A DNA stretch of 40,226 nt, from NCBI GenBank assembly GCA_050049715.1, contig JASFVS010000001.1:1-40226 (forward strand), given 5' to 3'. The translations under genes and the position numbers were made by a program. The notes under the pieces were generated by a model. That model did not search any database. It was not told the origin of the DNA and saw only the letters and a program-made list of their open reading frames with translations. Position 1 is the stretch's first letter, and each line of letters begins with the position of its first letter. Origin of the DNA: Phycisphaerales bacterium (GTDB lineage Bacteria; Planctomycetota; Phycisphaerae; Sedimentisphaerales; Anaerobacaceae). Below, piece by piece: positions 9,621 through 18,195 of this stretch.

Positions 9621-10190
9621 ATGGATCGTAGAGAGCTCTTAAAACAAACCTGTGGCATGGGTCTATGTGCATGTGCAGGAACCTCCATGTTTGCTTCTGG
9701 ATGTAGTGCAACACAGTCCTCCAATTCCGAGGCAACCGAGGGCGAACCCACCTGGAGACTCCAATGGTGGCTGAGTCATACCCAGAAGCAGTGGGCCAAG
9801 CTCTGGAAGCTGCTGGAATCTCACTTGGATGAAAAGACTCGCGTGGCCATCCTGGAACAGTTGGGAAGGAACTGTGCCGCGAGTTTGGGGTGGGCCAAAC
9901 GATATAAAGGCAATTTTGAAGGTTTCTTCCAGTTCATGAATCAGAAGGCTGGCGAGCAGTTCAACTATGACAAGGACCACAGTGTCATTACCATTACGAC
10001 CCGTGAGCGGGCTTGCGATTGCCGTATGATTAACAATAAGGCCACGCCACCTATTGTTTGCGCTTGCTCGGTAGGCTGGCAGAAGTATACGTATGAGACC
10101 ATCCTTGATAAGAAGGTCGAGGCTGAGGTCAAGGAGTCGGTGTTACGTGGGTCGAAGCGATGCGTATTTGAGGTCCGTGTGGTTTCGTAG
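9621..10190 (+). CDS. Small exported Cys-rich protein of unknown function, 189 aa, with a twin-arginine signal and a possible lipobox
   Basis: The N-terminus MDRRELLKQTCGMGLCACAGTSMFASGC has an RR-x-LLK Tat motif, a hydrophobic core and ASGC at Cys28. The mature part carries C85, a C132-x-C134 ... C147-x-C149 cluster, and C181. A strong SD (AAGGAG) lies 7 nt upstream of the ATG. Confidence 0.7.
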   Translation: MDRRELLKQTCGMGLCACAGTSMFASGCSATQSSNSEATEGEPTWRLQWWLSHTQKQWAKLWKLLESHLDEKTRVAILEQLGRNCAASLGWAKRYKGNFEGFFQFMNQKAGEQFNYDKDHSVITITTRERACDCRMINNKATPPIVCACSVGWQKYTYETILDKKVEAEVKESVLRGSKRCVFEVRVVS

Positions 10191-10228
10191 CCTCCCGTTC
10201 GGAGATTGACAATGGATAAAGGGAAGAA

Positions 10229-12715
10229 ATGAATAGTTTAATCAATAATATTAAATATGCTCTGCGACAATTACGAAAGAAGCCCGGTTTTACTGTTATC
10301 ATAGTTTTAACGCTCGCCCTCGGCATCGGCGCAAACACTGCAATTTTCAATATTGTCAATACTACTTTTCTGCATGACCTGCCTTATGTTGAGTCTGACA
10401 GGCTTGTTTACCTTTCCGAAAGGAATGCACAAGGCAATACATTCCCGATATCGTATCCGAACTTTCTCGACTGGCAGCAACAGGATGTCTTTAGCGGGCT
10501 CGCGATATTTCACGGCGCAGAAGGTAAGCTGAATACCGAGCAAGGTATGGAGATAATGTCGGTGCTGAATGTCTCCTCAGATTTCTTTAATGTGCTATGT
10601 GTGCAACCGGCTCAGGGGCGCGGCATGCAGCCGGAGGATGATATCCCAGGTTCTGAACGGGTGGCTTGGATTACGAACGATGCCTGGCAGCGATTTTTCA
10701 GTGGTAATCCCGATATCGTGGGCCGCTCTTTCGAGTTTGACGGGCGGAATATCACTATTGTCGGTATTCTTCCTGCGAGTTTCCGATTTCACCAGCGGGC
10801 AGACCTCATAACGGCTATCGCACCGTTTGCCAAGGAATTCTTCCTCGACATGCGGGAGAGCCGCAGTAATGAATATGCAGTCGCTCGTCTTAAGCCTGGA
10901 ATTAGCATAGAGGCCGCAAAGGCGCAGATGGACGCGATCGCGATTCGTCTGGCCGAAGAACATCCCGTGGCCAACAAGGGCATTGGCATATCGACTGTTC
11001 CGCTACGTGAGCAACTTGCAGGTAGCGCGCGTGCGCAGCTTTTTCTGCTGCTTGGTGCGGTCGGCCTTGTACTGCTTATCGCATGTGCCAATGTAGCAAA
11101 CATGCTACTGGCACGCTCTTTCGCTCGCGAACGAGAGATGGCAATACGCACTTCACTCGGCGCGTCACGAATGCATCTGTTGCGGCAGTTACTCGTAGAA
11201 AGTCTCGTGCTCGCAGCAGCTGGTGGTGCTGCTGGTGCTATTGTAGGCTTGTGGGGTTATGGATTTGCCAGCCGTATGGTGCCTTTTCAGGTTCAGCAAG
11301 TAATCGATGGGGGAGGCTTTGATCTACGGACACTTCTTTTCATTGTCGGTATCACTATGGTTACCGGTGTAGTTTTTGGATTGGCTCCGGCCTGGCAACT
11401 TTCGCACGTCCTACCGGTCGAATCGCTTAAGCAGACTACGCGCGACAAACGCAAAATTTTCTGTCGCATCGGATTGAATGACCTGCTCGTTGTCGGGCAG
11501 GTGTCGCTGGCGCTGGTGCTGCTTATCGGGGCCGGCCTGATGATTCGCAGTCTGAACCGCCTGCTGAATGTTGAGACGGGATATGAACCAACCCGCGTAC
11601 TGACCCTTGAGGTGACGTCACCACCGATAGAACAATTCCAGCGCGATCCCGGTATTTTCACACGTCATTATGAGAAGGTGCTCGAGCCCGTCCAGAACAT
11701 GGTTGAGGTTGAGGCTGCGGCCGTTGCTTCGGGTATGCCTTTCACTTTCAGCACGAATAACATGACGTTCTATCGTAGGGATTTGCCCGTACCCGCGGCA
11801 GGCGAGTTTCCTATGGCCAGCAGTCATACAGTAAGTCCGGATTACTTTAGAGCTATGGGCATTCCCTTACTACACGGTCGTGTCTTTGATGGGACAGAAC
11901 CGGCTTACGTTATTCCGCCGGGAATGGAATTGACACCGCAGAACCTCGCCGCCATTTTTAAGGATGTCACCTTCTCCGCTGTTATAAGTAAGAAGATGGC
12001 CGATACTTTCTGGCCCGGGGAAGATCCAATCGGCAAACAATTTCGTCTCGGTTTTCCAGACCTCGGTCTTCCTTGGGTAGATGTTATTGGAGTAGTAGGT
12101 AATACCATACAGACAGGACTCGACCGCGGGGAAGCCACCGAGTTTTATCTGTCACTGCGTCAATGGCCGGTACCCGTTAACATGCATCTGTTGGTCCGCA
12201 CGCAACTCGAACCCAATGCTATTGTCAATTCTGTGCGAACCGCTGTCTCATCGGTAATGCCTGACGAACCTGTCCGTGATGTCCGGGTACTTGCTGAGCG
12301 AATCGACAACTCGACCGTCGGGCGCCGTTTCAACCGGAACCTTTTCGCTTGCTTTGCGACAACGGCACTTGTGCTCGCATTGGTTGGCCTTTACGGCGTA
12401 CTTGCCTTCAACATTAGTCGCCGCACTCGCGAGATTGGTATCCGCATGGCACTCGGTGCCAATCGTCTCGATATTATTTGCAGCGTTGTCGGAAGGGGGC
12501 TCGTTCTTGTTGTGCCCGGTTTGGTTATTGGTCTTGTATGCGCATGGGCAGTTGGTCGTGTACTGCAAAGCCAGCTTTTCGAAATCAAGAGCAGTGATCC
12601 GCTTACCTATGCAATCGGTGCATTGCTGATGATTTTCACTGCGGTAGTTGCCTGCTTGATACCAGCCTGCCGCGCATCTCGAATAGATCCGATGGAGGCG
12701 CTGAGGTATGAGTGA
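10229..12715 (+). CDS. ADOP/MacB-type ABC permease (P5), 828 aa
   Basis: It begins MNSLINNIKYALRQLRKKPGFTVIIVLTLALGIGANTAIFN and ends ACRASRIDPMEALRYE*. It has the double-FtsX layout. Confidence 0.9.
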   Translation: MNSLINNIKYALRQLRKKPGFTVIIVLTLALGIGANTAIFNIVNTTFLHDLPYVESDRLVYLSERNAQGNTFPISYPNFLDWQQQDVFSGLAIFHGAEGKLNTEQGMEIMSVLNVSSDFFNVLCVQPAQGRGMQPEDDIPGSERVAWITNDAWQRFFSGNPDIVGRSFEFDGRNITIVGILPASFRFHQRADLITAIAPFAKEFFLDMRESRSNEYAVARLKPGISIEAAKAQMDAIAIRLAEEHPVANKGIGISTVPLREQLAGSARAQLFLLLGAVGLVLLIACANVANMLLARSFAREREMAIRTSLGASRMHLLRQLLVESLVLAAAGGAAGAIVGLWGYGFASRMVPFQVQQVIDGGGFDLRTLLFIVGITMVTGVVFGLAPAWQLSHVLPVESLKQTTRDKRKIFCRIGLNDLLVVGQVSLALVLLIGAGLMIRSLNRLLNVETGYEPTRVLTLEVTSPPIEQFQRDPGIFTRHYEKVLEPVQNMVEVEAAAVASGMPFTFSTNNMTFYRRDLPVPAAGEFPMASSHTVSPDYFRAMGIPLLHGRVFDGTEPAYVIPPGMELTPQNLAAIFKDVTFSAVISKKMADTFWPGEDPIGKQFRLGFPDLGLPWVDVIGVVGNTIQTGLDRGEATEFYLSLRQWPVPVNMHLLVRTQLEPNAIVNSVRTAVSSVMPDEPVRDVRVLAERIDNSTVGRRFNRNLFACFATTALVLALVGLYGVLAFNISRRTREIGIRMALGANRLDIICSVVGRGLVLVVPGLVIGLVCAWAVGRVLQSQLFEIKSSDPLTYAIGALLMIFTAVVACLIPACRASRIDPMEALRYE

Positions 12716-12732
12716 GATAAAAAATAGAAGAC
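12689..12732. repeat. Junction repeat copy 3 (3' end of P5 plus post-stop motif)
   Basis: The sequence is CCGATGGAGGCGCTGAGGTATGAGTGAGATAAAAAATAGAAGAC. Confidence 0.85.
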
Positions 12733-12760
12733 GGGAGACAATATACAAAAGGAATTATAA

Positions 12761-15177
12761 ATGAGCACTTTAATCAACGACATCAAATACGGTGTCAGAC
12801 AACTCTGGAAGAGTCCCGGTTTTACCATCGTAGCTGTACTGACGCTCGGACTTGGCATTGGGGCTACCGCCACACTTTTTAGTGTTTTCAAGGCATGGGT
12901 TTTCAATCCGTTTCCATATCCTAGTTCAGACCGAATTGTTCATGTTTGGTCAAACGTTTCCAAAAATGGCGAGGGGCCGCTCTCTGCGCCCGACTTCCTT
13001 GATATTAGAGAGAGAAATAAATCATTTTCTGATATTGCGGCTTATACTCTCGAGCGGGTTGACCTTGGAGGTGACAAACCGGAATCTATACATGCTGTCC
13101 GTAGTACAGCCGGGTTGCTACGTGTATTTGGGGTGCAGCCTGTACTGGGGCGGTTTTTCGACAAGGCCGATGAGGATAATTCTGATTCGACACATGTGGC
13201 TATTATCAGTTATGGATTGTGGAAAAGGCTTTTCGCCTGCGACCGGGAGGTTATTGGGAAGACTGTGCGCTTGAATAGACAGGAGACTACGATTGTAGGT
13301 GTTATGCCTGCGAATTTTGAATTCTACACATCTCGACATGGAGGCCGTAGCTACGAAATCTGGCGGCCTCGTGCGTTGAGGTCACAAAATAGAGGACCTC
13401 AATGGTTATTATGTATGGCACGGTTAAAGGAGGGAGTGAGCTTCGAAGCAGCAGAAGCTGAAATCAAGATGATTGGTTTACAACTCAAAGCAGAGTATCC
13501 TGACACAAACCAATCCAAACCGTTTTGTCTGCGTTCACATCACGAAGAGATAACCCGTAACGCTAAGTCCAGCATGTGGTTTCTTTTCGCAACTGTAGTG
13601 CTGTTACTTCTTATTGCATGTGCAAACGTTGCCAGCATGCTGCTGGCCAGAGGTACTAAAAGACAGGCTGAATTCTCTTTGCGTTTTGCTATTGGGGCAC
13701 AACGTTCGGATATGCTAAGACTCTTATTTACTGAAAGTTTCCTGTTGGCGCTTTTGGGCAGCGTTTCAGGTATTTTGCTGGCTGCATTTGGTTTAGCTTT
13801 TGTTAAGCATTTCATTCCGCAGGCAGCGGTTCTTGAATCACAAAGGCTTGCTCTGCAAATAGATGGAATAGTCCTGATGTTCTCGATTGGTCTGGCTGTA
13901 CTAACAGCTTTGTTGTTTGGTTTGCTGCCTGCTTTTACGGCGGCGCAAAGCAACGTTACTGAGATGATTAAACAAGGCGGCCGATCACAAGCCAGCTCAC
14001 GAATCAGATATCGATTCCTTCGATACCTGGTGGTCGGGCAAATAGCTTTAGTTCTTGCTATTGCGAATTGTTCGATACTGCTTTCAAAAAGCTATCTTAA
14101 TGTTATGAATATAAATAAAAAACTTATTTCAGAGCATGTTCTGACATCAAATATCATTCTGCGCGGTGAGCACTATAATAATGCCGAATCCAGGGAACAA
14201 TTCTGGAACCAGTTAATCGAACATACCGGTGCCTTGTCCGGAGTCAGCCATGCCGCGATTGTAACAAATATGCCTCTTGAGGGTAGCTTCAGTTGCCTAA
14301 TCATCCAAAACGAAAAGTCCGTTGATCCTTCACAGTATCGTTTGCAGCCGCTCGCGGAAATAAGCTATATCTCACCTGACTATTTCATGAGTATGGGAAT
14401 TCCATTTATACAGGGGCGGTCTCCACGGAAGATTGACAGCGAAGATGAGTTTATTGGTGTTGCCGTAAATCGTGCTCTCGTTAAGGCATTGTGGCCCGGG
14501 CAGGACCCTATTGGCAAATTGTTTAAGCCTCCTTTTCCGGATCCGTTTTTCAAAGCAAAAGTTATAGGTGTGGTCGAAGATGTCAGGCAATGGGGCCCAG
14601 AAATACCAGCACTGCCACAGATATATTTCCCGTTTCAGAGTGGTCGTATGAACAGAGGTACATTGGTGATGCGTACGAATGCAAAAGCAAATGCTTTTGT
14701 TCCATTGCTCAGGCAGGAGCTGGCTAATATCGATCCTGATTTGCTTCTGGTTGATATAAGTACCATGAAGCAGGTCGTAGAAAGCTCAACCAGCGGCCGA
14801 CGGTTTTATACGTTTGCCACTAATGCTTTCATGAGTATTGCTTTAGCTATTACAGTAGTCGGTATATACGGCACGCTTTCCTATAACCTCACGCAGCGCA
14901 AACGTGAGATAGGTGTGCGTATCGCTCTGGGCGCATTACGCTGTGATATTATTCGCTTTGTTGTTCGGCAGGCATTGCCGGACTGGCCATTGGACTGACA
15001 CTCACAGCGGTACTGTCCTTTGTCTTGCGTTCCCTTGTATATGATATCAGCCCTTTAAATCCGCTGTCATTATTGCTTGGATTAGGCGTCATAGGCGGAG
15101 TTTCGTGCCTGGTGTGTCTTATTCCCGCTATTGGCGCAACACGAATCGACCCGATGGAAGCATTAAGATATGAATGA
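12761..15177 (+). pseudogene. ADOP/MacB-type ABC permease (P6) interrupted by a frameshift near 14970 (true pseudogene or assembly error)
   Basis: The ORF 12761-14998 (MSTLINDIKYGVRQLWKSPGFTIVAVL...) ends abnormally in ...RFVVRQALPDWPLD*. The missing last TM helices and family tail are intact in the -1 frame at 14974-15177: IAGLAIGLTLTAVLSFVLRSLVYDISPLNPLSLLLGLGVIGGVSCLVCLIPAIGATRIDPMEALRYE*. The junction CGGCAGGCATTGCC looks like CAG-GGC that has lost one G. Confidence 0.75.
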
Positions 15178-16838
15178 GAGTTTTTATGAGAAACAATGAA
15201 ATAAAAGAACAGAAGAGTATGTGGTTGGTACGCCATCAAACAGTTTTAGTATCAATTATCCTTATTATCATAGCGGGTTGTTCGACTTCGCACATTGAAG
15301 AGGAGGCAAACAACAAAGCCATGATAATGGGGCTCGATAAAATTGATACCGTGCAGCTTTCGGAGCATTCGGTATCATCTCCTGTAACTGTTGAACAAGC
15401 GACCGAAGAAATCACTCAACAGGTTACGGACTCTAATGAATCTCAACAAACAATAACTTTAAGCCTGGAACAAGTTCGAGAGGCCGCTTTAGCAAATAAT
15501 CTTGACTTAAAAGTCGAGCTTGTAGATCCTTCCATTGTCCAGACCGCACTGGATGAAGAGCGAGCCAAGTTCGAGGCGGCTTTCTTCGGCTCAGCAGAAA
15601 CTCAGCGAAGCAAAACTGCTACTGCTGTTACCAAAACCCAGGATTATGAATTAAGCATTGAAAAGCCATTGCCGACCGGCGGATTGATTGAAGTCGGTCT
15701 GCCTTTTGGTGATGACATGTCCTCAGGCGGTGTTGCGGATGCGGCCGCCAGCGTCTCTGTTATACAATCCTTGCTCCGCGGGGCCGGCACGCGTATAAAT
15801 ACGCAGTCTATTCGTATTGCCGGTCACGAAAGAAATATCATCAATGCCAGAACCAAACTTGTAGCTATTTATTTACTCGCCAGTGCTGATATTGCGTATT
15901 GGCGTCTTTACGCGGCCCGTAAAGAACTCGATGTTCGCAGAGAGCAATACAAGCTGGCACAGGACCAGCTTAATCACGCGAAGAAGAAAGTTGCTGCGGG
16001 TTCGGCTGCAAAAATCGAAATCGTACGAGCGGAAGCAGGTTTATCCGGTCGTCTCGAAGCTGTGATTAATGCTGAAACTACGGTGCTGAATCGAACTCGC
16101 GATATTCAACGCATCATGAATCGTGACGACATGCCTTTAGAGGCCGTTGTGGATATTGTGACACAGACTGAGCCAAATCCGCTTGGACTGGGCCTTGACG
16201 AAAGGCAACTTACCGAGCAGGCCTTGTCTAACCGAATGGAAATGGTTGAGCTGGAACTGCAATTAACCATTGATGAACTCAATGTTGAGCTGGCACGCAA
16301 CAATACCCTGCCCGATTTGGCGTTGAATTACACCTATGCAGCCCAGGCGCAGGAAAGCACTATAGGTGGTGCTTTAGGGGACCTGACGGATAATCCGTTT
16401 GATAGCCATTCAGTCGGCCTGTCTGTTGCTGTCCCCTTGGGTAACCGTGTTGCTAAAGCTCGCCTCCAACGGGCCCAGCTTTTAAAAATGCAGGATCAGG
16501 TAAGACGCAACAGACTCCAACAGCTTATTCGACAGGAAGTTTATAATGCAGTCAGTGAGTTACGTGGGAACTGGCGTCGTATTCTTGCTGCGGAACAGGG
16601 TGTGACCGCCGCATACAGGGATTACAAGGTCGAACAATCTCAATTTCAACTTGGTGTCCGTACAAGTACGGACGTTCTATACTCTGCTACCCGTCTAGCG
16701 GACGCACAGCTTGGCAGAATACGTGCCTTCACGGATTATGAAATAGCCCAGATATACCTGGCACAGGCTACCGGCACTCTTTTAGGAAAAGGACAAATCC
16801 AGATAGCCTCTGTGGATATCGATGACAGTCTCCCTTAA
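15174..16838 (+). CDS. TolC/NodT-type outer-membrane efflux lipoprotein (OMF), up to 554 aa
   Basis: There is a lipoprotein signal ...MWLVRHQTVLVSIILIIIAGC with lipobox IAGC. OEP-type repeats are present (LSLEQVREAALANNLDLKVELVDPSIVQTALDEERAKFEAAFFG; LPDLALNYTYA). The ATG at 15174 overlaps the TGA of the P6 C-terminal fragment (ATGA). Alternative starts exist at 15186 and 15219. Confidence 0.85.
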   Translation: MRVFMRNNEIKEQKSMWLVRHQTVLVSIILIIIAGCSTSHIEEEANNKAMIMGLDKIDTVQLSEHSVSSPVTVEQATEEITQQVTDSNESQQTITLSLEQVREAALANNLDLKVELVDPSIVQTALDEERAKFEAAFFGSAETQRSKTATAVTKTQDYELSIEKPLPTGGLIEVGLPFGDDMSSGGVADAAASVSVIQSLLRGAGTRINTQSIRIAGHERNIINARTKLVAIYLLASADIAYWRLYAARKELDVRREQYKLAQDQLNHAKKKVAAGSAAKIEIVRAEAGLSGRLEAVINAETTVLNRTRDIQRIMNRDDMPLEAVVDIVTQTEPNPLGLGLDERQLTEQALSNRMEMVELELQLTIDELNVELARNNTLPDLALNYTYAAQAQESTIGGALGDLTDNPFDSHSVGLSVAVPLGNRVAKARLQRAQLLKMQDQVRRNRLQQLIRQEVYNAVSELRGNWRRILAAEQGVTAAYRDYKVEQSQFQLGVRTSTDVLYSATRLADAQLGRIRAFTDYEIAQIYLAQATGTLLGKGQIQIASVDIDDSLP

Positions 16839-16898
16839 GAGGCCGAATAATTCATTTATAATCTGAGTTGCCTGACGAAGAGGAAGCCAGTTTTGATA

Positions 16899-18143
16899 TT
16901 ACGAAATGGTTTGTGGGGAGTATATGTTGTCGAACAAAACCTGAACTTGAATCTGGTTGTTTTCTTCGAAACGCTCCATACATTCAGGAATTTTAATCAG
17001 CGCATTTGCATTTGCTTGGGTTTGGATGCGGCTGTTCATTTTAAGGGGACTGACGAATAACTTATCATCCTTTTCCGTGAGTTTTGCATAAATAAACTGA
17101 GTCCAGTCTATATCGCCTTTCACTGCTGTGGTTAATGTTGCTGTTTTGTGTTCAAAAGGTACGGGCGACCTGCCTGCCAGATGAAATAAACCGGGTAAAG
17201 CGATTTGCAGGAAGGCCATTTCATTAGATGGAGGGCCGCCGGGAAGACAGAATACGGTTTTATCATTCAACGTAATCATTGCCACCGCCTTGCCGGGACC
17301 CATTCTGATGCGGTGGAAGATAATTTTACCGCCCATTTCGGTAAATGTTTTTACGGTCAAATCCCGGTCACTTTTCCATACACCGCCGCTGGTTGTAATG
17401 ACATCGTTGTGTTCCAGCATATTCTGTATAGTGTTGCGGAGTTTTTCTTTTTGGTCCGGGACTATTGCAATTTCAGCTTCCATCCTGAAATGTCGAAGCC
17501 ATGAAAGTAACGTCACCGAGTTACTTGCATAGAGCTGGCCCTCTTTGAGCGGTTTGCCGGGAGCAACTACCTCATCCCCTATGGCAATAATACCGGTTCG
17601 GGGTAATTTGTGGACTCGTACAGCGTCGAGTCCCCCCGCGGCTATCAGGCCGGTTTTAGCTGGCGTCAAAATCTCGCCGCGTTGTGCAATAAGTTCTCCC
17701 TTTTTGACATCGTATCCTTGCTCTAATATATTTCTTTTCAGGCTGTTATCCTGGTGGCAGAATACCCATCCATTTTGTTCCTTGGTAAGCTCTTCGGGAA
17801 TGACTGTGTCGGCGCCGTGGGGTAGTCTTGAGCCTGTGAGAATTTTGACGGCCATTCCTGATTCTACAGTTAAATCTGCTTGGCCCCCTGCGACCATTTG
17901 GCCCAAAACTTTCAGTTTAGCGGGCCGGTCTTTTGAGGTGTTTTTTAAATCTGCAGAAGACACGGCATAGCCATCTTTCAAAGATGTCTGAGTGGAGGGG
18001 CAGTCCACGACGGCGATACAGTCTTCGGCCGCAGTTAATCCTGATACCTGTTCGACAGGAAGGCTGACAGGAGTAAGCGGTTTCAATTGCTCTAACATTC
18101 TTGAAAATGCTTCTTCGAAACCGATATCGTATTTAGCACTCAT
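16899..18143 (-). CDS. moeA: Molybdopterin molybdenumtransferase MoeA, 414 aa
   Basis: MoeA-type motifs are present: SLKDGYAV, ILTGSRLPHGADTVIPEE, TTSGGVWKSDRD, IRMGPGKAV, CLPGGPPS. Confidence 0.85.
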   Translation of the reverse strand: MSAKYDIGFEEAFSRMLEQLKPLTPVSLPVEQVSGLTAAEDCIAVVDCPSTQTSLKDGYAVSSADLKNTSKDRPAKLKVLGQMVAGGQADLTVESGMAVKILTGSRLPHGADTVIPEELTKEQNGWVFCHQDNSLKRNILEQGYDVKKGELIAQRGEILTPAKTGLIAAGGLDAVRVHKLPRTGIIAIGDEVVAPGKPLKEGQLYASNSVTLLSWLRHFRMEAEIAIVPDQKEKLRNTIQNMLEHNDVITTSGGVWKSDRDLTVKTFTEMGGKIIFHRIRMGPGKAVAMITLNDKTVFCLPGGPPSNEMAFLQIALPGLFHLAGRSPVPFEHKTATLTTAVKGDIDWTQFIYAKLTEKDDKLFVSPLKMNSRIQTQANANALIKIPECMERFEENNQIQVQVLFDNIYSPQTIS

Positions 18144-18195
18144 GATAGATTACATTTGTTTGTAACAAAGGTTCTCGAATTATTAATTCTCATCA

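Noticed and set aside
10229-12715. An apparent GC-richer composition of permease P5 relative to P6, and of the array relative to the ribosomal cluster, which might indicate horizontal transfer.
   Set aside because: Hand counts on a few 60-nt lines gave about 50-57% for P2, P3 and P5, about 43% for P6 and about 48% for rpoB. The sampling is too sparse and the values too overlapping to support an island call; a sliding-window GC and codon-usage computation is needed.
12248-12748. A 166-aa minus-strand ORF. Many other 60-160-aa antisense or alternate-frame ORFs occur inside the permease genes (for example 8641-9114, 10595-10963, 12852-13274, 13540-13953).
   Set aside because: All are nested in long, family-consistent + strand permease ORFs and have no motifs of their own.
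14960-14998. Programmed -1 ribosomal frameshifting as an explanation for the split P6 permease.
   Set aside because: There is no X XXY YYZ slippery heptamer at the junction (TTCGGCAGGCATT), and I saw no obvious downstream stimulatory structure. A mutation or an assembly indel is more parsimonious.
18144-18195. A Moco riboswitch upstream of moeA.
   Set aside because: Only 52 nt separate moeA from gloB, which is too short for a Moco riboswitch (about 130 nt). I recognised no conserved riboswitch motifs.
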